Source: Aplysia californica
Lineage: Eukaryota
Reading direction: 5' to 3'
Length of the DNA stretch: 64,000 nt
NCBI RefSeq assembly: GCF_000002075.1
Contig: NW_004797760.1
Span: 401,993 to 465,992 of the forward strand
Below the pieces are notes generated by a model. It did no database searches, was not told where the DNA came from, and worked only from the letters and a program-made list of their open reading frames with translations. Both the position numbers and the translations under genes were made by a program. Shown in pieces: positions 26,344 through 38,626 of this stretch (position 1 is its first letter; the number at the start of each line of letters is the position of its first letter).

Positions 26344-27306
26344 TAACGCAGTGATGGAGCAAGCCCACGCACGTGTTATTGTCATGCGCAAGCCTGCCAC
26401 AAGGCCAAAACCACTGTTCATGGGTACTTGTGGCAAGGGAAACTACGTATGGACAAATAATAATAATAATAATAAATGACATTTATATAGGCGCTCAACC
26501 CCGAATAATGTACCCAGGCTCTGAGCGCTTTACAATACAGTACAACATACAACAGTAACATAAAACGTTGTGTTCTGACTAAAGAAAATTATTCTAAATA
26601 TTCATCTTATTAATTTAAAAACAGAAACAACTTCAGCTGACATAAAGAATGAACCAAAAGATTTGATCTCTCTCAAAGTACTTGGTAAAGCATTCCAGAT
26701 CTTGGGGCCTTGGTACTCAAATTCAAAAGCCCTTTCACCCATTGTTTTAAGTTTCATAGATGGTAAAACAAATTTCTTTTTGTCAGCTGATGACCTTAAA
26801 CAGCAAGTTGGAATGTACAGTTTTAACAGATTTGATAAATATGATGGTGCATTATCATTCAAACATTTGTGATATAGGGTGACCAACTAGTACACAATCC
26901 TTTTCTCAACAGGAAGCCAATGCAAAGTTCGCAAAAGAGGTTTAGCAGAGTCTCGCTTTTTTTCCCGTAAAAACTAAATACAGCTCGATTAGTCCACAAA
27001 TGCTTACTTCCCTTGCATTTCTGATTTAACAGGGATCTGATATAACAGGACTATACTTCATTTGAAATGCCCTCAAGACTGCTCGACTTTGGCAGTAGGC
27101 CACCTCTATTCTCACCCGGAGTGAGAATAGTGCAGGCGAGTCTTGTGGCTATTCTCACCCGGTGCGCGTTCACCAAATTTTGCGTTCACCCTAAACCACA
27201 GAATTCTACACTGTGATGACAGAAAAATTGTAGAATTCTGTGCCGTGAACAAACGTTCCATTACAATTGTAGCCTACTAAAAGCGTACAGTTTTGTCTGT
27301 GGGCAG

Positions 27307-27354
<48 letters not shown>

Positions 27355-28364
27355 TAGCGCGAGAATTTCCGGGCAAAACAAAATGGCGACCCGTGTAGTT
27401 CGGCTTGATTCGAAAAGTTAAATAGCCGTAGCATCTTTGTAGACAACCAAATTTATTTACTTTTGTGTTTTAACATCATTTTTTAACTTTGTTTTGGTCA
27501 ATTTGATCGTCCACACCGATAGACAGTATTCAGAAAGAGACAGAGAGAGAAAGAAGAGGGGAGGAGTTGATCTTGCGAGAACTTCCGGGCGGGTGAGAAT
27601 AGCCACTTTCTTGGCAGTAACCTAGATGTAGTTCGCATTTAGTCACCCCTAAAGCAAAAACTAAATCACCAAAATTTAACCCCAAAAAATCCTTCCACGC
27701 CATCCCCCCATTCACACCTTACACACACGTGCGCACGCGGGGGCCACTCCATTTGCAAATTATAACCCAAAAATCTTGAGAACGGAAACCATTTGGGAAA
27801 AATAGCGTTTAAGTTTATTTTTCCGAGCGTCTCGAGAAATAGAGCCGGCCTTTATATCATATTCAAAGTAAAATTAAAAAGGGAAATTCAATTGACAACC
27901 ATAAAATTCAACAAGGCAAGGTGGACTGGATTGAGTTGTGCCTGTGGCGATAGTTGGTTGACTCAGTCAGTCTAGTAAATATCTAGATTCTAGATCTAGG
28001 CCTAGAATCTAGATCTAGATCTAGATTAAATATAAAATATCTAGGAGGAGTAACGTTTCTGCCATGATCGAAAAGGTTCGATCGACTTCTATTGCACAGA
28101 TCAAAGCAACATGGACACTGAACAATGCAGTTTCATGTTCTGACTGATCTGTCTGGAGATCGGCTCATCAAGCTTCTTTCTCTTATTTTCACCCCTTTGT
28201 CGATGGGAGTACAAAATAAAATAACGCCCCTGTCCCTATCTGAATTTGATAAGATCTAGATCTAATTACAGGGAAAATAAGGCGTAGATTCTAACAACAT
28301 TTGTTCAGAAACGTGGTCAAGTAAATAAGTATCTGTAACTAACGTCTTTCATGGTGGTCGCCAT
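21609..28364 (-). CDS. PFDN4: Prefoldin subunit 4, 131 aa. Exons 28344-28364, 25129-25230, 23776-23843, 21609-21813
   Basis: Spliced product MATTMKD-SDAQVTFEDQQKINVFARTNARL...-KELQNLTDAEDELMMAEGDECVP-YQIGEVLVEMTMEEAQ...LYAKFGNNINLDMEEES matches PFDN4 hallmarks (VTFEDQQKIN, PYQIG, LYAKFG.NINL). Frames join correctly. Confidence 0.95.
22443..23223. mobile_element. Tigger/pogo-like MITE inside the U12 intron
   Basis: TA-flanked imperfect TIRs CAGTGGAGTCCACTTATAACGAG / CTCGTTATAACAGGATTCCAGTG. Confidence 0.7.
23288..23645 (-). mobile_element. Short retroposon family B copy
   Basis: Homologous to 12560-12950 and 45493-45878. Confidence 0.75.
24218..24402 (-). mobile_element. Short retroposon family A copy with TSD
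   Basis: Full-length family A sequence; flanking direct repeat AAAAGATCTTT. Confidence 0.85.
24421..24574. mobile_element. Small Tigger-like MITE
   Basis: TA-CAGTGAAATCCCATTATAC ... GTATAACGAGGTTTGATTG-TA imperfect TIRs. Confidence 0.55.
26457..26970 (-). mobile_element. CR1/L2-type LINE 3' fragment, apparently nested in a Tigger-like MITE (~26083-27060)
   Basis: LHWLPVEKRI...NAPSYLSNLL...GERAF..QGPKIWNALP..LR, followed by a 3' stem-loop GCGCTCAGAGC...GCGCCTATATAAAT and a (TTA)n tail. Confidence 0.8.
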
Positions 28365-28845
28365 CTTGGAGAATATTCCCCTGTGCCAGATTTATTCTAG
28401 GATTAAATCTAAACACTTGAGCAAATGAAAACTTACTAGGACTATCACAATTTTTTAACATTCTGGTTTAAAAGTCCCTCAAGATATGAATAAATATAAC
28501 GATTACATTCCCAATAGTTTACTTGCTCCAAGGTATAGAAGCAATAAAAAGATTTGCAAATTTCTATTACATTAAACAAATGTATGTTTATTTGGCAGCT
28601 CATTGAAGTAAACAATGCGACTTGCGTAAAGTGCGAAGGATGGAGTGAATTGGGGACTGCTGGCCATGCTGAAAAACTATGTTGTAGGCTAGAGCACGAA
28701 GTCTGGCGCAGTCAAAGTAACTTATGAATTACATCTAGAGAAACTCCAATTTATTTTTTCTCTTGACATTCGTCTGAAGAAGTCTGCATCTCTTACCTTT
28801 ATTTAAGTTCTTTGAGAGAACCGAGAGACACCCTCGTCAGTCACC
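28365..28845. promoter_or_regulatory. Probable bidirectional promoter between PFDN4 and NFS1
   Basis: Divergent ATGs are separated by only 481 bp. A YY1-type motif CAAGATGGCG overlaps the PFDN4 start codon. Confidence 0.7.
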
Positions 28846-31800
28846 ATGTTATCTAATATTTCAAGGTTGGGAAGGAAAACTTTGTCTGAAGCCACAAAAA
28901 TGGTCTCGACATCTAAGGCCCATTGTAAAGGGGTTCATACAAGAGGCCCCGTCTCTGCAGCATCTTCTGCTCCAGCACCAGCAGTAGAAGGTATGTTAAT
29001 ATTACTTTTAAAAAACCCAAGAAAACAGGTGTGAGTACTTGCATCTCTGTGTTTAGTCTTTAGATTAGAGATTCTAGACCGAATTTTATGTAAGAAATTA
29101 TGATGAAATACATGATAATTGTGGTCCAGGAAGGGTTGTACACCTCTCGCTATTAATTTCACTACTCCCTGTAATGCTATTATCTAGTGATGGTATGATA
29201 ATTGGAAAGCTGTTTAAGTGAGAAGATTTTGCTTGACCTTATAAAATAAGGCTGTCGTTATTCTCACGGCGTGAAAATAAAAATATAAAAAATATAATAT
29301 AATTTTTATTCTCAGGTGAGAATAATATCCATTTTATTCTCACCCGGGGTGAAAATAATATTATATTGTTATTCTCACCCCGAATAAAATGAATACTATT
29401 CTCTCACGACCCGGTCTGAGAATTCAATGGATTTTTTAGGTCTACCTGAACCTGGGTGTTGAGAACGGATGATAGAAAATAATTTGTGAATTGTAAGAGA
29501 GTGACCTGCCCCAGAGCGCTGGCCGATTATTCTAGGCTCCCGCGGGGATTGTTATTGTTTCATTTTTAAAAATCTTGAGTTGAGAGTCGAATATCTTCAC
29601 CAACACCCTAGACAAGTGTAAATATATTCTAAATTCAGAAAGGAATTCACTTGCCTAATTAGGCCTAGTATGTTTTTAAAATAAATAATAGCCTTAACTG
29701 AAAGCTGTTTGAAATAATGTTAGTAATAACTTGTCATTGTAACACAAAAAATATGTTTAATTGTTATCCCTAGCAGAACCCACGATTATTTTTAAGGAAC
29801 GCAGTGCCTTGACCCTAGGCATATTTTTTTTCTTAAGTTTGATTGGTTAAACTATTCAAGAGTAAAATTTTCCATTACGGAATCAATAAATTAATACTGT
29901 AGCAACAAAAGGTGACGTTATTTGCTCAAAAGATAAGGTTTTCCCCCAAATCGACGGTAGTCGCCTCCCACACTCGAGAGCTGGCCTGCCCGTTGGCGAT
30001 TTTAGTCGCCGCGCGCTCAGCGGAGTGAGAGAGGGAGACGAGTTTTGTCGCCTGGAGCGCTCAGTGACAGGAGTCATATGATGCCTGAAACGAAAAAACC
30101 GGGGGAGAATAGTAGGCTGTCGTTGTTCTCTAGTATCTATTTTATTCTCACCCCGGGTGAGAATAATCACTGTGTATAAATATAACTCATTGTGTGTACT
30201 TTTATTAGATAAAGGGGGGGAATAAAAGGACTTATGAATGATACTCTCTTTTTATCCGTAACGAGCGACCACCCCAACAAACATTATAAAAGGAGAGACT
30301 TAAACCTAGCCTCAACCCTAACTCTACCCAGTCCTCTGTTTCTCGTAATGGAGTTCTTGCCCTAAATGCAATACAGTTGAAACACGACATAAAAATAGCA
30401 ACTTATTGTCAAGGAGAAAAATGGCCATCTTAGTCTAGAGGTGCCAAACATATATATAGGCAAGATTGATCAAAATAAAGAAAACAAACAGGCATTCCCT
30501 TCTAAGGTCCTCTTGGAGATGGTCGCTGGCTCATGACTCAGACTACTTGCTGTAAAAAGTTATAAGGCCCATTAAAATTGTTTTTCTTTCTCTTGGAAGG
30601 AGGTTGGAAAGGGAGGTTTCATGGCTGCTGTGAGTATGTAAAAGTTATACGAATGAATGAGGAATACAAGTGTGCAGTGCAAATTAGGTAGATATCTAAA
30701 AAAAAAAAAGAAATGACATCTCTGTTAGATGAGGAAGACTAAGTGCCCTGGTAAATTAAGACATACTGGCAAACAAGCTACACTTATGTTGCAAGTTCAT
30801 GGTATATGTTGATGTCCGTTGCTATTGTTACGAACTGGGTAAACGGAGCAAGTACTCATTTCATTTTTATGGTTTGTGTATATGGTCAGAGTTGTGGGTG
30901 GGGCTTATAGGTTATGATGGATCTTATAATTATGCCTCCCTCACCAGCTTCTGTAAATTTGTTACGGACTGGTCAAATTGGGTTTACCGGTGGGAGGGGC
31001 CTACGCAACATGATCCGTTGATTCATTGTGGGGACTAACAATTAACAACAGATGAATGGATTATGATGGTTCACCCACAGCATCAGGGGCCTATATAATT
31101 AATGACAAAGAGTCAGCGATAAAAGATTTGCGTAGACATCTTAGGTTTTTGGGTAATTGGATACATTTATTATACACTGGCCCCGGCCGTGTTGGACAGG
31201 TTCTCATTTTACCCTGTGCTATTTATAGAAAAAATACAAAGGGGTAAATGGAAAGCGGCTGTTTGTACAGATGGCCATCATAGCAGGTTCGCCTGTACTT
31301 AATTTACAATTTTACTCTTGCACACTTCCCTCACCAGCAGCTGAAAATTTGTTACCTATTGGTCAACAGTAGGAGGGGGGGAACAACGCAACATGATCGG
31401 TTTGAGGGACTGCCTTAGCCTAACAACAATGACATGTGATTGGATTATGACGGCTCGCCCACAACGCCAGGGGCCAGTGCATAATTTATGACAAAACGTA
31501 ATGGAGTCATTAAGGTGGCCATCTAAGACAGGTTTTATTTAATTGTTAGGTGTGATAGGGGTTGTGTGTTAAAATATGATGGCCGCTTTGGACAGGTGGC
31601 CGTTTTACACAGTGAAATTATAAAGAAAAATGCAAAGGGGGGAATTGAAAGTGACCGTTTGTGCAGGTGGCTGTCTTATAGAGGTGGCCGTCATGGCAGG
31701 TTTGACTGTACAGTATATTGTTATACTGCACTTGAAATGTTTTTAGTGTTACGTCATGGTTATGATTTAAAAAATTTGATTCCACAGGAAAAGAGAAAAA

Positions 31801-34800
31801 CACACCTGCCACAGACATGAGACCTTTGTACCTGGATGCTCAAGCTACAACACCAATGGTAAGTTTAGTTGTTATCAACTGGAAGACGTTCAAAGTTAAC
31901 AAAGACTTCAAACTTTATTTTACTTGAAAATTAAATAATGTGACATTTGGTTGAAGATCATATATTTTGAATGCTATTGCTTCTGACAGCATGAAATTTT
32001 GTTTCATCGAGGATGGATTTTTTGCAAAAAATATGATTCTGCCTTTTTATTGCAGGAAAGACTAGCCAGTAAATAATGAATTATGGAGTTGATAGGGCAG
32101 TCAATTTCATTAACTTTTTCTAGGTACAAAACTGATTATTGTCATTTTCTGCAAGTTTTTTAAATGAAAAAGAGCACAAAGTGATTCTGGTTTTATTATA
32201 ACGGTACAGAATATTTCTTTTGAAAACAAGATTATACATCTTCAGTGACTCTTTTGAGACTGAATGGTCCTCGGTAGTGGTACAGCTCCTATATGTTATG
32301 AGAAGGCATTTTTAATACGGTTTTGTTTGGCAGCAGTGTATTTCTGTACAGAAGTTGATACTGACGTCTGCGATGTTGAGATATTAGGCTCTTAACCTTG
32401 GTATGCAAAAAACTTGAGTTTGATTTCCAAATTGGGAAGGTCTTTATTGAGGATCTCTGTCTCTTTGCTTAGATGATGTATCTCTCTCAGTCCGGGTTGG
32501 TCATAATAGGCAGAGTGACTCCTTAATGGTGTAAATTGTGTCGATAGAGGCATTAAACACTTACAATTACTCCTACAAAAAAATATTAAGAAAATTCTGT
32601 GAACTCTAGTTTGGAACTTCTTGTTGTCTTCTCAGGATCCCCGAGTTTTGGATGCGATGATGCCTTACATGATGAGCTTGTATGGAAACCCTCACTCAAG
32701 GACTCATGCATATGGCTGGGAGAGTGAATCGGCTGTTGAGAAAGCGAGAAAGGTATAGTTTTTTTTTAATCTTTGTTTTCTGTTTCCGAATCCATTTGCT
32801 AGCACTGCGACTCTTTCTCCTGAAGAGAGCTATTATATTTGTGTTTTGCGGTCTCCTATTTCTTTGTTTCTTTCTCCAGTCTTTATTCATATCCTGCTAA
32901 ATTGATATACACTACAGACTTTCTGTATTTATCAACTTATCTTGCTTTCTCAGATTTATCCTTGTTTTAACCTCTGTGCCTTCCTCTTTTCTTTTATAAT
33001 CTTAACAGTTCGTTTGTTCATTGTTTATTTATCTATTTTTTAAAAGGTTTTTGTTTCATCTTCTTTCTTTGCATGCCAGCGTGTCAATGAAACTGGAGAC
33101 GAAGGTATTTTTGCATTAGTTTAATGGTTTCAGGGTTTTAATTTTTCTTATTTTGATCCTCAGCAAGTGGCTGATATTATTGGTGCAGATTCAAGGGAGA
33201 TTATATTCACCAGTGGAGCAACTGAGTCCAACAATATCTCTGTGAAAGGTGTGGCAAGGTTTTACAAGAGCAAAAAGAACCATATCATCACCACTCAAAC
33301 GGTATGTTCAAGATGTTTCGATGCATTATCATGTCATTTTTCTTTGCTATTAGGCATATGATTATTTCTCTAGTTTTTCCTTTGTCTCTTTTTGGCAGGA
33401 TTCTTTTTAACCCGCCTCCTTGGGAAATTGATTTTTAAACAAATACTGAGGATACCGTTGCGTGTTCATGTTCTGTGACTTCAACTTTATTTTCCGTACA
33501 ATGTATTTTGTTGGCTGATATGACTCTTTATGAGCAATGACTTTTTTCTTTCTATATGATGTTTTGTTTGTACTTCTGTATGTCCAGTTTTGAATTAACA
33601 TGTATTAGCGAATTCTTAAGGACCTCAGTCATGTCATTGATGAAGGTGTAATTTACTGCTTTGAAAGTATTTAAGTTGGATAATCTTTCAAGTCATAAGT
33701 TTATTCCACGCTTTTTGGCAGCAAGTTTAGTTTGAAATAGTGATTGTTAGCATTTTCAGTTTTTAAAAAAATATGTTTTTAGCTACAATTATAAGCATAC
33801 CCACCAATCCTCCGAAATGTTCAGACAAGAATTCAGATTTTATATATTGAGAGTGCAGTTGCAGTACAGGCAGGCAGATATTTATGACGAATAAGGGGAA
33901 ACAAGACAACGCAAAAGTACACCATCTTATCAGCAGACATGCCGCCAACTTATAAGAATTAATAACTGGTAGAGTTATAGCGACTAGCACTTGGTTTGTG
34001 GCAATGCTTTTTCGCTTTTCTATCATCTTTGTAAATTTCACCTCCGTTTTTCACGACAGAGAGAAAAGAAATGCGTCATGTGAATTATATACTTTAGTCT
34101 TTTCTGTTTACAAATTTTTTTATTTGCATGCCATCGTCTTTCAGTTCACATAATGTCACTGTCAGTTCACCTAATGTCACTGTCAGTTCACATAATGTCA
34201 CTGTCAGTTCACATAATGTCACTGTCAGTTCACATAATGTCACTGTCAGTTCACATAATGTCACTGTCAGTTCACATAATGTCACTGTCAGTTCACATAA
34301 TGTCACTGTCAGTTCACCTAATGTCACTGTCAGTTCACCTAATGTCACTGTCAGTTCACATAATGTCACTGTCAGTTCACATAATGTCACTGTCAAGAGA
34401 AAAAATGAGTGACATCAAATTGTTTTTCTCACCCTGGAAGGTAGATTTAAACAGTTCATCAACTTTCTCTTATAACAAGAACAATAGCTAGTATGTTGGA
34501 ATCAAGTTTTAAAAGCATTTGAGAAATTATGTTTTTTCTTCCAATACTATTTTACAGGAGCATAAATGTGTACTGGACTCATGTCGTGCTTTGGAAGCTG
34601 AAGGGTTTGAGGTTACCTACCTTCCTGTCCAGGAGAATGGTATCATTGACTTAAAGGTGAAGCTTTGAGATACTGTAGGCCTGCTTGTTGCAAGTGCTAA
34701 ATCTTTAAATGCAAGGACAATTACTGGTTGCCTGTGACAGACCATATTGTGTATAGCATTTTTTTTATTTTTCTGTCAATGAATGTGGCACCAAAATTAT

Positions 34801-36862
34801 GAAAACTTATACTTTAACAAAAGCTTTTAGTACTTTTAGATAATTATCAGACAAGGCAGTCTCATAAATCCATCCGCTAAATACTAATACCATAGGCAAT
34901 GATACTTTGATTTCCACAGCACATCGGTTTAGAATGAACTTCAAAGGCATCTAAGAAAGGCAACCTCGTTTAGAAGCTTGAAAAGGTTGTAAGAACCTCA
35001 TTATTTTGTTAAGTTATTTATACATATGTATGCAAAGGTGTGTACATGTGTACAGAGAGTGTATGTGTGTGTGTGTCCATGATGGAGAGAGAGAGACCAA
35101 GTTTATATATATTCTTTATTCATGAATATGTGTTTTGTTCGGGAAATTTTGCTGCAAAGCGCATTGAGCATTTGAAGTTAAAATGTGCTACATAAATGCT
35201 ATCCATTAGTATTATTATTGTTAGAATTGTTATAGATTTCATTATTTTTATTACATCTGATGCACTGTCTTGTTGCTTTCTTCGTAATGATCTTATGAAA
35301 CTCTTCACCAAAAAAAACCCTCTTTTATTAATTACCATTATAATTCTTTTAATGAAAGGGAAAGGGGGAAATTTGTGCAAAGTGTAAAGGGTTTCTTTTT
35401 AGCACACCATGCATTGAAAATGTGTTCATCTATTCCATCGAACAAGTTCATTGATCATGTTACTAACGCAGAAGTCTTCTAAAGTGGAGATTTTATTAGT
35501 TTCAGGATTGCTTTAAAAGAGGAGACAGGGATTAATACTTGGCTTTTCTGTCCTCTTCAGGAGCTGGAAGCCAGTATGCGACCAGAGACTGTGCTTGTTT
35601 CGGTAATGACAGTCAGCAATGAGATTGGTGTCATACAGCCAATAAGTGAAATAGGTAAATCTGAGATTTTCTTCTCAATACCATCTCACTTTAAGAAAGT
35701 TTGTTTCATTGTGTTTACTCTATGTTATCCCTTAGTCATCAACTATGAGGACACTACTGACGACTTGGCAACCAGCTTCCTTCTCTTTCCCTCTCTTTTC
35801 TCAGAGCATTATTTTGTCATATGTGAGCTGGTCAGAGAAAATCATGAACTTGCCGCCTCTGGGCCATTTTGAGTTTTCTTGTTTTTTCCCCCTGAAAGCT
35901 GGAATCTTCCTGATTGTGCCCTTTCAATTTTTTTTTCAGTTATATTTTCTAGAAGCTGTGATATTGCATTTTGAAGTCGCAACATTTTAAACAGTAAGAA
36001 ATGAGAAAAAAAGCAGCATTATAAAGGACATTTTCTGCAGTTTTTGTGACAGACATAGGTCAACAAAGAATTGATTAAAAATATTTTAAAGGAATTAAAT
36101 GAATAACTCATTTGCCTGCACACATTATCTCTCTTTCTCCCATTGCTTAGGAATGTTTAAATGTTTATTTTTTTCTTTAACCGAGGAAATGACATCAATT
36201 TAAACTTTCCATTTATTTCGTTACAGTATTTACATTGATTCTTTGTTTGGTTCAGATCTTGAATAGCCTTAATTTAGTTAAGATGGACATTAAAATAAAA
36301 CAACTCTGTACTACCTGATGTTTAAGTGGGTTTGTACTATTTACATTGATTCTTTGTTTGGTTCAGATCTTGAATAGCCTTAATTTGGTAAGATGGACAT
36401 TAAAATAAAACAACTCTATACTACCCGATTTTTAAGTGCGTTTGTTGCTCTGCGTTCTTAACTATGAGAAAAAGAGACACAGAGAGAGTTTGTATGTATG
36501 TCTCCTTGTGTTGTTCATGTTGTTAGTGTAGTGCTTGGTCATTGTCCTCAGTGATCAGAAAGAAATCTTTCTTGAAATATTATAAGTTTTTCACCCCCTC
36601 ATGTCTTATCTTGCTTTCTTGATCAGGGGCTCTTTGTCGGTCAAGAAAAATTTTCTTCCACACGGATGCGGCACAGGCTGTTGGAAAAATCCCCTTGGAC
36701 GTGAACGCCATGAATATTGACCTCATGTCTATCAGTGGCCACAAAGTTTATGGTCCAAAAGGTACACATATAATAATAATAAAAATGTAGATAATTTCTA
36801 CAGCGCCCACTCTTGTGTGCACACTGCTCTAGGCGCTTTACATAAATGCATGAGCGAACAAT

Positions 36863-36923
<61 letters not shown>

Positions 36924-38569
36924 TACATACGCACACATGTACGCCAAACACATACGCGCGCACACATACACACACACACCTCTACTTGCTTATCACACGC
37001 GCATGCTTACACATTGTTACAAAATGAGCACATACAAATATATAATAAAGTAATATACACAATGCAATTCACAAAATACATAAATGGATACACAGTCATT
37101 TACATAACATTGTACTGAACATGGATCTACTGATATAAAAATGATGTCTTTAAATGTATCTTTAAAGATATTTTAAATTTAGACTCAGATGTTGTATGTC
37201 TCAAGGGTCGGGGAAGAGAGCTCCAAACTGATAGATAAAGGTGGGCAAATGATCTTTCAGCTAATTTTTTACCTCCTTTTCTAGGAACTCTTAAAAGATA
37301 CTGACTGCCTGATCTTAGTGATCTAGATGGAACATAAATCTAGATGAGATCACTAAGATATGAGGGAGCTTTGTTATTGACACATTTATGACATAATATT
37401 GCAATTTTATGACATTCTAGCTGACATGGGAAGCCCATTTCCCCCCTCTTTATTCACAGATTAAGAGCACCGCTATTTGACTGTCTGAAGTTATTGCTTT
37501 ATTTATTGTTGATTATTTCGTGTTCATGTGAAGTTGAGTATTAGCTTTTTTTTTGTGAAACAAGAAAAGGTTACTTGTAAAATGAATGTTATAATTGTAA
37601 GGAAACTGATCTCTGCCCTTATCTTTTATACTGAAAGGCCGCTCGTGTATGACGTCTTGTAGGTGAGACATTTTGCCATTGGATGTCTTTGAATGCATCG
37701 CCTTCTAGAAGTGACATGTCTCCTGTGAAAGTATTGCCTAATAAATACGCTGTAATTCGTCTGTCCCTGTTACCTATTGCCTCGTAGGTGTGGCAGTTCT
37801 TTCTCTTTGTAGGTGACCGTGCACTTTCATACTATTGTGCCTTTGGGTACATTATCTCAAATATGTGGGTAGTTGGTGCGTGCTCTGGTGTGGTTTGCTC
37901 CTTCTCTCCTATCAAACATCTGTTGTCCTTATCTCCCCTCCTTGTTTTTAATGTTTGTTACTCTCTTGTAACACCTCTAATCTTCTGGAGCTCATATGAC
38001 CTTATGCAGTTGCGAGCGTGGTAAAACCTCTACTAAAACAAACGAACATATTTCATATGTATGACATGTACATTGTATCCCTCTCAGCCAGGGTTGACCC
38101 TGACAGGCAGAGATGAAGCAGCCCATCTCCTACATGATCTTAATTGTGATAATGAGGGTTGAAAACATTTCCAATGACAATTGTATTACTTATTCTTCTA
38201 TGTCTGTGAATGTTTGCCTCCAAGGTGTGGGAGCCCTGTACGTCAGACGTCGACCTCGTGTGAGAGTGGAGGCTCTTCAGAGTGGTGGTGGGCAGGAAAG
38301 AGGCATGCGCAGTGGGACGGTGCCCACGCCTCTCGTGGTGGGAATGGGAGCTGCCTGCGCTCTGTCGCAAGAGGAGATGGAGGTTAGTCTGTGTAACATC
38401 ATTTTGAAATAATCCTGTGTCTAGCAGGCCATTGTTCTTTTTGTATGCTGAATGCCTCTGCTTCTGCTCATAACTGTAATTAGTGAACACTGCTGGAAAA
38501 TGCTCCCTTTGAGGAGGACACCAGAAGCCTCAAACACATGCACACACACAAACTCACACTTTATTTTAC

Positions 38570-38626
<57 letters not shown>

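Noticed and set aside
34094-34491. Repetitive ORFs (ELTVTLC / SSHNVTV) and CRISPR-like look
   Set aside because: A 21-bp spacerless minisatellite inside NFS1 intron 4. It stays open because the unit is a multiple of 3. No spacers or cas genes.
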